Source: an uncultured Verrucomicrobiae bacterium | GTDB taxonomy: Bacteria > Verrucomicrobiota > Verrucomicrobiia > Limisphaerales > Palsa-1400 | DNA: 64,000 nt | NCBI GenBank assembly: GCA_963707025.1 | Contig: CAVPOM010000006.1 | Coordinates: forward strand, 320,001 to 384,000 | Direction of reading: 5' to 3' | Shown here: piece by piece, positions 34,388 through 43,320 of the stretch | How the letters are laid out: every line of letters begins with the position of its first letter | Numbering within the stretch: the first letter of the stretch is position 1 | The notes under the pieces: generated by a model | The model's database searches: none | Told to the model about the DNA's origin: nothing | What the model saw: only the letters and a program-made list of their open reading frames with translations | Made by a program: the position numbers and the translations under genes

Positions 34388-34436
34388 GAGGGAGGTGGAT
34401 GGGCGGGCGCATCCCCCCTTTCTCGACACGGCGTCT

Positions 34437-34548
34437 TAATTGCCAATGGCCGATTTTCAATCGCCAATTTTCAATTCTGAGAAGGCACGAGGCCGTACTC
34501 CCGACCGGGAATCGAGAATTTGTCATTGAGGATTTGTTATTGGTCATT
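34437..34548. repeat. Degenerate heptamer repeats
   Basis: ttgccaa tggccga ttttcaa tcgccaa ttttcaa and tttgtca ttgagga tttgtta ttggtca. Confidence 0.6.
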
Positions 34549-34669
34549 CAGTGTTTTGATGATTGGTCCAAGACCCCGTTGAGCCGGAAGGAAGCCTCGA
34601 CCAAGCCGGGATGCGCCCGCCGGTTTCCCAGCCTTGCCGCAAGGCTTGATTCTTGCCAATGTGCCCGTG

Positions 34670-35476
34670 ATGAATCGCATTATCCAACGCTTCGCCCGCC
34701 TGAAGAAACAGGGCCGGGCGGGATTTATTGTTTACATTGGCGCGGGGGATCCCAATCTGGAGGCGACCGCCGAACTGGCCCTGGCCTTTGACCGCGCGGG
34801 CGTGGATGTTTTGGAACTGGGCGTTCCGTTCAGCGATCCCCTGGCCGACGGATTGGTCAACCAACTGGCGGCGCAACGCGGCCTGGCCTCGGGCACCACG
34901 CCCGGCAAAGTCCTCCAAACCGTGGCCGGCATCCGGCAGAAATCGCAAATTCCCATCGTCCTCTATATTTATTTCAATCTCATTCACCGGCACGGCCTGG
35001 AAAAATTTGTGCGCGACGCGGCGGCGGCGGGGGTGGACGGGCTGCTCGCCCTGGATTTGCCGCCCGAGGAATCCGAGAATTACGAGGCCCTGATGCGCCA
35101 GGCCGGCCTGTGCGTGATTTACCTGGTCGCCCCGACCACGCCGGAGGAGCGCATCGAATTGATCGTGAAACGGGCCACCGGATTTGTCTATTACGTTTCG
35201 CGCGAAGGGGTGACCGGGATGCAGGAGAAAGTGTCCGACACCATTGGGGCCATGACCGCCCGCCTTCGCGCCCACACCGATTTGCCCATTGCCGTCGGTT
35301 TTGGCATTTCCACGCCGGCGCAGGCCAAAGCCGTGGCGGCCTGGGCCGATGCGGTGGTGGTGGGCAGCGCGGTGGTCAATCAAATCGCCCGCCACGGCCG
35401 GTCGCCCGATTTGATCGCGCGGGTGGTGGAGTTCACCGCCGCGCTGATCCAGGCTGTCAAACAGCCGCCGCTGTGA
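34670..35476 (+). CDS. trpA: Tryptophan synthase alpha subunit
   Basis: ELGVPFSDPLADG, DLPPEE, VGFGIST, VVVGSA. Confidence 0.97.
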   Translation: MNRIIQRFARLKKQGRAGFIVYIGAGDPNLEATAELALAFDRAGVDVLELGVPFSDPLADGLVNQLAAQRGLASGTTPGKVLQTVAGIRQKSQIPIVLYIYFNLIHRHGLEKFVRDAAAAGVDGLLALDLPPEESENYEALMRQAGLCVIYLVAPTTPEERIELIVKRATGFVYYVSREGVTGMQEKVSDTIGAMTARLRAHTDLPIAVGFGISTPAQAKAVAAWADAVVVGSAVVNQIARHGRSPDLIARVVEFTAALIQAVKQPPL

Positions 35477-35487
35477 AACGCATTGGC

Positions 35488-35739
35488 TTACCTCGAAAGC
35501 TCGTCCATTTTAGAGAACCAGTGGTGCCCGTTTTCGCAGACCAGTTCAACTCGGCCCTCGCTATCGCGGTTGGTTTCTTGCTCTTCCCAGCAGGCTTCGG
35601 TGTAGCCCGAATAATCCGCTGTTCCGTCGGAACCGAGATCAAATTCAGCGCACGCGGGCACCGTTTCGACCGTCCCGCGCGCGGGTGAATTGCAGTCCGG
35701 GCAATCGGGGATCTCTATGTTTAGCTTTGCCATATACAT
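35488..35739 (-). CDS. Small acidic Cys/His hypothetical protein
   Basis: CPDC...CENGH; divergent from the methylase. Confidence 0.55.
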   Translation of the reverse strand: MYMAKLNIEIPDCPDCNSPARGTVETVPACAEFDLGSDGTADYSGYTEACWEEQETNRDSEGRVELVCENGHHWFSKMDELSR

Positions 35740-35860
35740 TCAGGTTGTTTTGCTTTTGACCGGCTTTCTGGCGGCTTGGCACGTTCAGGCGTTTGATTAT
35801 CCTGGCTTGGTTTTTCGCGTCAACTTGATAATAATGGCCGCGCTTCTAAAGCCGAATAAT

Positions 35861-35911
35861 TTGTGAGAACATTAAAACAAAACAGCGAGCAGTTTTTGCC
35901 CATCATGGCGG
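35861..35911 (+). repeat. Degenerate copy of the manC 5' end (direct repeat of 38270-38320)
   Basis: 42/51 ungapped identity by manual alignment. Confidence 0.85.
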
Positions 35912-35927
35912 TCAAACAGATGCCTTT

Positions 35928-37334
35928 ATGAAACAGGTTGCCAAGAGGAAGCAAGCGAAAGACGCGCCGATGCTGTTGAAAGACGAGCAAATTGCGATGT
36001 GGGCAATACCGGTGGCGGAACGCCGCAAGAAAGTCACCGTTCTGCCAGTGGACATGGACAGCCCTGAGCAACAGGAACGAGCCAGGCTGGAGAACAAATA
36101 TAGCCGTCTTTTTGAGGAAAGGCCGGAGTGCCGGCGGCTGGTCACGTACGTTCTCAACAAAACGTTGCCGCTCTACAACTGGTTCAAATACAAGGAAGGT
36201 TTTTCAAGGGAACTCGTGGTTCGGCTGTTCAGAGAATTTGTCTTACAGGCAGGCGACATGGTGTTTGACCCGTTCCTTGGATGCGGCACCACCTTGCTGG
36301 CGGGAAAAGAGTTCGGCATTCACGGGGTTGGAATCAACATGCTTCCGATTTCCGTTTTCGTTGCCCAGACGAAACTGACGGAATGGCCGGACATTGATCT
36401 ATTGCTGCGCGCCGTCCAGAAGCTGACATCAACGCCGTTTCGCGAGCCAGTTTCGAGCTTTCCTGATGTCCGCATTGTCAACCTTGCCTTCACAAAGGAG
36501 ACGCAGCGCGAGTTGCTTTTTTTCAAGGAGGAAATCGAGACTTTTGAGCAGCCGGCTCGAAATTTTCTCATGCTCGGATTGCTCAGCATTCTGGAAAACG
36601 TCAGCAGCACCTCAAAGGACGGCCAGTTTTTGCGGCTCGTGGAAAAAATAATTCCGCCCGTCCGGGATGCGCTCCGTTCCGTCCTGGCGCAGATGATTCA
36701 TGACCTTTCGGAGATTCGAATGTTTGGTTTTCCGGCGCAGACGAGGGCCAAAACGCTTGTTTTGCAGGGAGATGCCCGGGAAATGTGCCTGCCGCAGAAA
36801 TACATCGGAAAGGTTTGTGCGGTCATCACTTCACCCCCCTACCTGAATCGGTACGACTATTCTCGAACCTATGCTTTGGAATTGTGCCTGTTAACGGTCA
36901 AATCGCACAAGGACATGGTCAATGTGCGGCACAGTCTGCTCCGCTCGCATGTCGAGAGTCGCGAGCACGAGGGAAAAGGGATTAACCTGCCCGCCTTGGA
37001 GGAGGTTCTGCGCGGGGTGCGGGCGAAACCCTTGAACAATGAACGGCTGCCGATCATGATTGAAGGCTATTTTGAAGACATGAACCTTGTCATCCGCAAC
37101 ATATCGGCTTATTTGAAGCCAGGCGGGCGGGTGGCTTTGGTGGTGGCCAACGCGCAGTTTAACGGCGAAAGCGTGCCGACCGACTTGATGTTATGCGAAC
37201 TCGCCGAGGAGTACGGCTTGGCGACGGAATCCATCTGGGTGACGCGCTATAAAGGAAACAGCTCGCAGCAAATGGCGATTTACGGACGGCGTCCCGTCAG
37301 GGAGACCATAGTCTTTTGGAGGAAACATGGCTGA
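35928..37334 (+). CDS. DNA amino-methyltransferase, probably N4-cytosine
   Basis: NWFKYKEGFS, motif I DPFLGCGTT, motif IV TSPPY, LKPGG. Confidence 0.88.
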   Translation: MKQVAKRKQAKDAPMLLKDEQIAMWAIPVAERRKKVTVLPVDMDSPEQQERARLENKYSRLFEERPECRRLVTYVLNKTLPLYNWFKYKEGFSRELVVRLFREFVLQAGDMVFDPFLGCGTTLLAGKEFGIHGVGINMLPISVFVAQTKLTEWPDIDLLLRAVQKLTSTPFREPVSSFPDVRIVNLAFTKETQRELLFFKEEIETFEQPARNFLMLGLLSILENVSSTSKDGQFLRLVEKIIPPVRDALRSVLAQMIHDLSEIRMFGFPAQTRAKTLVLQGDAREMCLPQKYIGKVCAVITSPPYLNRYDYSRTYALELCLLTVKSHKDMVNVRHSLLRSHVESREHEGKGINLPALEEVLRGVRAKPLNNERLPIMIEGYFEDMNLVIRNISAYLKPGGRVALVVANAQFNGESVPTDLMLCELAEEYGLATESIWVTRYKGNSSQQMAIYGRRPVRETIVFWRKHG

Positions 37335-38259
37335 ACACATTCAATCCGAACTGGCGGAACGTTACCTTTCGCGTGCGGGATTTTTTTGGCGGCAAGTGCG
37401 GGATTCTCGCTTCATTGATTGGCAGAAACAAGCACGGAACGCATCGTGGAAGACCCTTGTCTGGAACTGGAGCGAACTTGGAATTTCGGACGCTGGGCGC
37501 GAAGGGGCCCAACACTTGGGGTTCGTCGCGATTGAGGTATTCGCTCATCCCGACATTCTTTCTGCCCACCCGGAACTGGCAGAGTATTATCGGCTCATGG
37601 CCTGCCTGCCGAACAAAGGGCTGGCCCAGATCAAATCTGGCGCTCCGAGCCATGATACAATTGCGCTCTGCAGGTTGCTTAATGGGTTTTTATCCTCCCT
37701 GTTGGCAACCACCGTCAAAGCCAGCCGCGAGAGCCTGCTCTACACGGTTTTTGCCGAGGCCGGAGCCGAATGGCAGGGTTCCTGGGTCAATTCCATTGGC
37801 TTGAAGGCGTCCCAGGCGCTTGAACAGATCATCGCCAACTATGCCGCAGAACGGAAGTTGTTGGACACAGTGGAAACGGCAAAGCTGCTCAAAAAGCACC
37901 GCGGTCTTGTATTAAAGAGTGGAACGGTGCTCGTTTTCGGTTCGGAGCCGGATGTGGAATGTCGCAACAAGAAGGGCGAGTTGATTTGTGTGATCGAGAT
38001 CAAAGGAAGCGCCGACAAGGCGGGTGCGCAAACACGTCTGGGCGAAACGATGAAATCGTTCACGAAGGCAAAACTCGAGAATCCCCGGTGCCACACGATT
38101 TTCCTTCCCAGCGTTCTGACCGCGGCGGTGGAAAAGCAGTTGAAAACCGAGCGGGATATTGACCAGGTTTTTGATTTGTTGGCGATTCTTAGAGACGAAG
38201 AAAAGCGGGCCGCGTTTTTGGAGGAGCTTTTTAAGTTTCATCTGCGCGAAAAGATTTAA
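37327..38259 (+). CDS. XcyI-family type II restriction endonuclease
   Basis: Overlaps the methylase stop; YYRLM...KG, GSWVNSIG, PD-(D/E)xK core EPDV...IEIKGSAD...RLGET.KS. Confidence 0.75.
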   Translation: MAEHIQSELAERYLSRAGFFWRQVRDSRFIDWQKQARNASWKTLVWNWSELGISDAGREGAQHLGFVAIEVFAHPDILSAHPELAEYYRLMACLPNKGLAQIKSGAPSHDTIALCRLLNGFLSSLLATTVKASRESLLYTVFAEAGAEWQGSWVNSIGLKASQALEQIIANYAAERKLLDTVETAKLLKKHRGLVLKSGTVLVFGSEPDVECRNKKGELICVIEIKGSADKAGAQTRLGETMKSFTKAKLENPRCHTIFLPSVLTAAVEKQLKTERDIDQVFDLLAILRDEEKRAAFLEELFKFHLREKI

Positions 38260-38271
38260 TCACGTTCATTT

Positions 38272-39399
38272 GTGAAAACAGCAAAACAAAATAGCGAGCG
38301 GTTTGTCATCATCATGGCGGGGGGACGCGGAGAGCGGTTTTGGCCGGTCAGCCGCGAGAAAACGCCCAAGCAATTGATCACGTTGCTGGGCAAGCGATCT
38401 TTCCTCCAACAAGCGGTGGACCGTGTGCTGCCGCTGGTTCCACCGGATAATATCCTGATCATCACCAACGCGGCGCAGGCGGCGGTGGTGCGCAAACAAC
38501 TGCCCAAACTCCCCGCCGGAAATGTCGTGGCCGAGCCGGTCGGGCGCGATACGTGCGCGGCCGTCGCGCTCGGCGCGGCGATTGCGGGGCAGCGCTCCAC
38601 CAGCGCCGTGATGGCGGTGCTGCCGGCGGACCACGTCATTCCGGAAGAGAAGAAATTCCAGCAGGTCCTGGCCGATTCTTTTGACCTGGCCGGCCGCGGG
38701 CAGGTGATGGTGACCATCGGCATCAAGCCGACCGAGGCGGCCACCGGCTACGGTTACATTCGGGTGGGACAGGTCCTGCCCGCGCCGCACGGGGTGAAGC
38801 CGTATCAGACCATTTTTTTCAAAGCGGAGCAGTTCGTGGAGAAACCGCATTTTGAGCGGGCGCAGGAATATGTGAGCAGCGGCCAGTACCGGTGGAACGC
38901 GGGCATGTTCGTCTGGTCGTTCGTGACGATCACGCAAGGATTGGAAATGCATCAGCCGGGGCTGGCCGCGGCCTGCCAGCGCTGGTTCCAGGCGGCAGGC
39001 ACGCCCAGGCTGGCCAAAATTCTGGCGAAGGAATATCCCGCGCTGCCGAAGATCTCCATTGACTACGCGCTCATGGAGCACGCGCAGAACGTGGTGGTGG
39101 CGGACGGTTCGTTTGCGTGGGACGATTTGGGTTCGTGGAACGCGCTGGGCCGGCATCTGCCCGCGGATGCGGAGGGGAACTGCGCGGCGGCGGATTTCAT
39201 CCACGTCGGCGCGGAGGGAAACATTATATTTGACGCGAGAACCAAAAACCGCACGCCCATCGCCGTGGTCGGGCTGCGCCATGCCATTTTGGTGCAAACG
39301 GACGACGCGGTGTTGCTGGCCCACAAAAGCCAGGCGCAGAAGGTGAAAGAGCTGGTCAAGAAACTGGCGGACGACAAGAAATACAGGAAGCTGGTTTAG
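38272..39399 (+). CDS. manC: Mannose-1-phosphate guanylyltransferase
   Basis: IMAGGRGERFWPVSR, EPVGRDT, TGYGYI, FVEKP, WNAGMF, SIDYALME, WDDLGSW. Confidence 0.93.
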   Translation: MKTAKQNSERFVIIMAGGRGERFWPVSREKTPKQLITLLGKRSFLQQAVDRVLPLVPPDNILIITNAAQAAVVRKQLPKLPAGNVVAEPVGRDTCAAVALGAAIAGQRSTSAVMAVLPADHVIPEEKKFQQVLADSFDLAGRGQVMVTIGIKPTEAATGYGYIRVGQVLPAPHGVKPYQTIFFKAEQFVEKPHFERAQEYVSSGQYRWNAGMFVWSFVTITQGLEMHQPGLAAACQRWFQAAGTPRLAKILAKEYPALPKISIDYALMEHAQNVVVADGSFAWDDLGSWNALGRHLPADAEGNCAAADFIHVGAEGNIIFDARTKNRTPIAVVGLRHAILVQTDDAVLLAHKSQAQKVKELVKKLADDKKYRKLV

Positions 39400-39464
39400 G
39401 AATCGCGGTTGGCGGATTGGAAAAGAGGGAGCACATCCGTTATATTGAGAAACCGCAATCTTCC

Positions 39465-39543
39465 CCCTCGCCCGCGGGAGCGGGAGAGGGTGGCGAAGCC
39501 GGGTGAGGGCGCCCAGGCTCGCGCTCCAAGATTTCCAATCCGC
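39465..39543 (+). repeat. REP-like unit (family D), inverted partner of 41311-41392
   Basis: First 30 bp are an exact reverse complement of the partner. Confidence 0.85.
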
Positions 39544-39570
39544 AATCCGCAATAGCCGCCCCGTTCCACC

Positions 39571-41265
39571 TCACTGGCCGGCGGGGACGGCGTTGGAATC
39601 TGTTCCCATCAGTTTTTGCATCATCGGCATCATCGTTTTGACCAGACCAAGAAAATTGGTTTGGGAATTGCCAAGCGATTGAAGCTGGTCGGGAGAAAGA
39701 AAGCCGGCGGCTTGTTGATAGACGCGCTGATTAATCTGGTCTTGCACTTGAAGGGTTTGTTCCATTTGGGCGGCGGAGTCGCCCACCTGGAGCACGGCCG
39801 GTTTGCCCGTGTTGGGGTCCAGGGCCAAGTTGGAGTTTTTCCGTTCGTTGATCATGAGCTGGAGAAGGCGCTGTTGTTGGTCTTCGGTCAGCGGATTGTC
39901 GGTGAAACTGGTTTTCATTTGCTCAAATATCTGGCGGTCGGGAAGGGTGGCTTGAAACTCCTGAAACTGGGCAGCCCCGTTCTCGCCGAGCAACAGCCGC
40001 ATCTGCTCCTGCAAACCTTTTTGCGCGTCGGCCAGGGCGCCGAAGGCGGCGGGTTTGTTGGAGCCGCTCATCACCTCCATGCCTTGAACCATGGCGTTGG
40101 TCAGGTTGTCGGTGATCAGCTTATAAAAGGCGTCGCGCTGGTCGGGCGTGAGGTTGAGTTGTTTAACCAGCGGGGCGTATTGAGTTTTCATCAGTTGGGC
40201 TTGCTGGTCCCCCATGGCTTTGATGAGGTCCGGGTCCTTCATTATGTTTTCCATCAAGCTGCCGTGGCCTTTGCCCTCGGCAAGAACCAGGGGGGGATTG
40301 ACGTCCGCCACCGGAGCCGGGGCGGCGGCCTTGCGCGCGACCGACTGGGTGGATTGGCGCACGATGCTGCGGAGCGACTGTGCCATGGTTTCATCGCGTG
40401 TTTCCAACTCCCTGATGGAGGCCAGTTGCTTTTCGCTTTGTTGCGAGGCCCGCTCGAGCTGGCCTTGCAGCGCGACTGTTTCCTGGTGCTGATTGTCAAT
40501 TTTCGCCCATTGCAGGGCAATGACGGCGACGGCGGCGGTGCCGACGGCGAGGTGAAGCTTTGTCCAGGCCATAAGTTTGAGGGTTCCTTTCGCCAGGGTG
40601 AGTGTGGAAGCGGTCAAAGCCGAACCCTGGCAGGCGGCGGCGATGACGGCGGTGGAAAGTCCGGCCGGGGCGGCCTGGATGGAATGCGCGGAAATAGCCG
40701 CGCCCAAAGCCGTGGCGGAAAGAGTGACCCCGCGCTTGAGGAAAAAGGCGCGCAGTTTTTCCAAGGCGCGGTTGACGCGCATTTTGGCGGCGTCGTCGCT
40801 CGCGCCCAGGGCGGCGCCGACTTCCTTCAACGGTTTGTTTTCAAAATAGCGCAGCACGATGGCGTTGCGATCGGCCTCGCTCAAGCCGGACATGGCCTGC
40901 TCCAGGAGGGGGCCGACCCGGGTCCAGTCGTCCGGCCCCGGTTCGTTCAAGGTGGATTGCATATAGGCTTGCTGTTCGCGGTGTTGGCGGCGAATTTCGC
41001 GCCGGAGCGCATTGCAGGCGGTGAGCCGGGCCGTCTGGTAGAGCCAGCCGGAAAGGACGGTTCCCCGCCGCAATGATTTCGCCTTCCGCGCCAACACCAA
41101 AAAAACGGCCTGGGTGATTTCCTCCGCTTCCTCCCGGTTGCCGATCTGCCGGAAGGCGGCCGAATAAACCAGGTTGATATAGCGTGAGACGAGGGTGGAA
41201 AAAGCCGCTTCGGAATTTCGGGCGGCGTATTCCTCCAACAATTGCATGTCATCCAGCATCAGCAT
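39571..41265 (-). CDS. ECF sigma-70 factor with long C-terminal extension
   Basis: AFSTLVSRYINLVYSAAFRQ, AEEITQAVF, LSGWLY, AAKMRVNRALEKLR; then TM helix and helical domain. Confidence 0.9.
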   Translation of the reverse strand: MLMLDDMQLLEEYAARNSEAAFSTLVSRYINLVYSAAFRQIGNREEAEEITQAVFLVLARKAKSLRRGTVLSGWLYQTARLTACNALRREIRRQHREQQAYMQSTLNEPGPDDWTRVGPLLEQAMSGLSEADRNAIVLRYFENKPLKEVGAALGASDDAAKMRVNRALEKLRAFFLKRGVTLSATALGAAISAHSIQAAPAGLSTAVIAAACQGSALTASTLTLAKGTLKLMAWTKLHLAVGTAAVAVIALQWAKIDNQHQETVALQGQLERASQQSEKQLASIRELETRDETMAQSLRSIVRQSTQSVARKAAAPAPVADVNPPLVLAEGKGHGSLMENIMKDPDLIKAMGDQQAQLMKTQYAPLVKQLNLTPDQRDAFYKLITDNLTNAMVQGMEVMSGSNKPAAFGALADAQKGLQEQMRLLLGENGAAQFQEFQATLPDRQIFEQMKTSFTDNPLTEDQQQRLLQLMINERKNSNLALDPNTGKPAVLQVGDSAAQMEQTLQVQDQINQRVYQQAAGFLSPDQLQSLGNSQTNFLGLVKTMMPMMQKLMGTDSNAVPAGQ

Positions 41266-41310
41266 CTGCTTAATAATGTCCGCCCAACCGAAAAAGGGAA
41301 CATGATAATC

Positions 41311-41392
41311 GCGGATGGCGGATTTTAGAGCGCGAGCCTGCGCGCCCTCGCCCGGCCTGACGGCCACCCTCTCCCGCTCCCGCGGGCGAGGG
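41311..41392 (-). repeat. REP-like unit (family D), inverted partner of 39465-39543
   Basis: Reverse complement reads ccctcgcccgcgggagcgggagagggtggc...caggctcgcgctc. Confidence 0.85.
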
Positions 41393-41404
41393 CTGGCCTT
41401 CAGC

Positions 41405-43300
41405 TCACTTCCCGGTCGGCGGCCGGAAATCCGCCAGGGAAAGCTGGGGCACATATACGCCCAGGTAGTCGCGCCGCCACCACTGCCCGGTGGCCCGGCG
41501 CGCGGCCGGGTCGGTGAAGTGATATTGGTAGAGCAGGGCGCGGATGTATTTGGGCGGGGCTTGCGGGAAAGGATTGCGCGCCAGCAGAGCGACCACGGGC
41601 GGGGAGTTTGTCAATAATTGTTTTTCCAGGCTGAGAAACCAGTAATTCTGTTCCACCGGGCCGAGCGCGGCGAACCACATCTGCCAATCCAGCCGCGGCT
41701 GATAGGGCGCGACGAAGGCCGGGCGGCGTTTGAGATCGCCGGGCTTGTATTTGAATTCGTAATCTTCCCAGGTCTGCCCGTCGTTGCTGCCTTGCACGAT
41801 GATTTCCGGGCGGGTTTGGGTCATGACCGCAAAAAGGCCGTAGCCGTTGAAACTTTGGAACGGACCGAGCCAGCGGAGAAGGGCTGCCAGCCCGCGGGGC
41901 GGTGGCTGCGGTCCGGGTTTTGCCACGGGCAGCGTCAGGGTGGTCATCAACACCACGAGCGCCGAAAAAGGGGCGGTCATTTGCCACGGCCAGCGCGCGC
42001 CGGAGGGGTGGGGGAGCGCATGGCGGAATCGTTCCGGCGCGATGGGCCGCAGCGCGCCGTCATCGAGCAGGGAAAGACACAAAAGAATGGTCAGCCCATT
42101 GAAGAAAGTATAGTTGCCGGTGAGCAGAATGAGCGCCTGGAACAGGGTGAAGAGGCCGGCGGCGAGCAGGCGCGGTTTGCGTCCGCAAAAAATCAGAAAC
42201 GGCACCGCCAGTTCGATGACAAACATGAGCAGGCAGCAGACGTTTTGCACGCGGGCCGGGAGTTGATGGGCGTACCAGCCGATCCAGGTCGGCAGGGGTT
42301 GGGTTTCGTAATGCACCCGCAGCGCGGTGAGATGCCGCCAGGTCTCATCGCCGCTGGCCAGCTTGACCCAGCCGGACCGGAACATCAGGCGGAAGAGCAG
42401 CCAGCGCAGCAGCCACAGCACCAGACGCGACGGCCCCGGCTGGCGCAACGGGCGTTCCACCCATTGCAGCGGGGCGAAGAAGATGGCCAGGAAGCCCGTT
42501 TCCAGGAGAAGGGCGTCCCATTGGAAATTGAGAAACGGACTGGCCATGGTTGACAGGGAAAGATAAATGGCCCAGAGGAGAAAGAGGGCCGGGGCGGGGG
42601 CGATCCCCGCCAGTAATAATATTGACAATCCGATGCCCGCGCCGCATTGCCAGTGCAGCGCGCCGTCGCTCGCGCTCCACCAGCCCAGGGTGGGAACCTG
42701 GTGGAAACGGTCCGCGCCGAGGTGCTGCTCGGACACGATTTTTTTGAGGTTCTCCATCAAGTTTTGGGCCGGAGCGATGCCCTGGCTGCCGATCAGGCCG
42801 TCCATTTGCATCCAGAGCGAGGCGAAGGCGATGAGGTAAATCAAAGCCAGCCCGCGCAGAAACAACCAGCGAACCAAAACGTTCTGGCGCGGGGCCAACT
42901 CGGTCCCAAGAAAAAAGCCGTCCAACCGGGAAAGGAACTCGCGGTGCGCGGCCACCTGCTCATAAAGCCATTCCGTCAGCGCGGCGAAGGGGGGAACCTT
43001 GCGGTAGCACCAAAAAAGCCAGCGCTCCGCTCCGCCCGCCGCCAGCGAGCGGAAAACGGCGTCCGCTCCCGTATGCACCGCGCCGTCCGGCAGGAGCAAG
43101 TGGATGGCTTGTTCAAAATCGCCCCGCGGAATTTCGGGATATTGCTGTGCGACCGTTTCATCCTGAAACGGCATATAATCCACCGCCTCCCCGGTGGCGC
43201 GCCGCCAGCGGGCGGCCCAGCGGCGGCAGAATCCGCAATCGCCGTCGAAAATCAGCAGCGGCCTGGGCGGGGGTGAAGCGACTGGGAGCTCATTGGGCAC
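41405..43300 (-). CDS. DCC1-like thiol-disulfide oxidoreductase fused to lipase maturation factor domain
   Basis: N-terminal LIFDGDCGFCRRW; LMF motifs FQWDALLLETGF, HYETQPLPT, YQPRLDWQMWFAAL. Confidence 0.88.
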   Translation of the reverse strand: MPNELPVASPPPRPLLIFDGDCGFCRRWAARWRRATGEAVDYMPFQDETVAQQYPEIPRGDFEQAIHLLLPDGAVHTGADAVFRSLAAGGAERWLFWCYRKVPPFAALTEWLYEQVAAHREFLSRLDGFFLGTELAPRQNVLVRWLFLRGLALIYLIAFASLWMQMDGLIGSQGIAPAQNLMENLKKIVSEQHLGADRFHQVPTLGWWSASDGALHWQCGAGIGLSILLLAGIAPAPALFLLWAIYLSLSTMASPFLNFQWDALLLETGFLAIFFAPLQWVERPLRQPGPSRLVLWLLRWLLFRLMFRSGWVKLASGDETWRHLTALRVHYETQPLPTWIGWYAHQLPARVQNVCCLLMFVIELAVPFLIFCGRKPRLLAAGLFTLFQALILLTGNYTFFNGLTILLCLSLLDDGALRPIAPERFRHALPHPSGARWPWQMTAPFSALVVLMTTLTLPVAKPGPQPPPRGLAALLRWLGPFQSFNGYGLFAVMTQTRPEIIVQGSNDGQTWEDYEFKYKPGDLKRRPAFVAPYQPRLDWQMWFAALGPVEQNYWFLSLEKQLLTNSPPVVALLARNPFPQAPPKYIRALLYQYHFTDPAARRATGQWWRRDYLGVYVPQLSLADFRPPTGK

Positions 43301-43320
43301 AAGCCAGTGGTTTTAACTTT

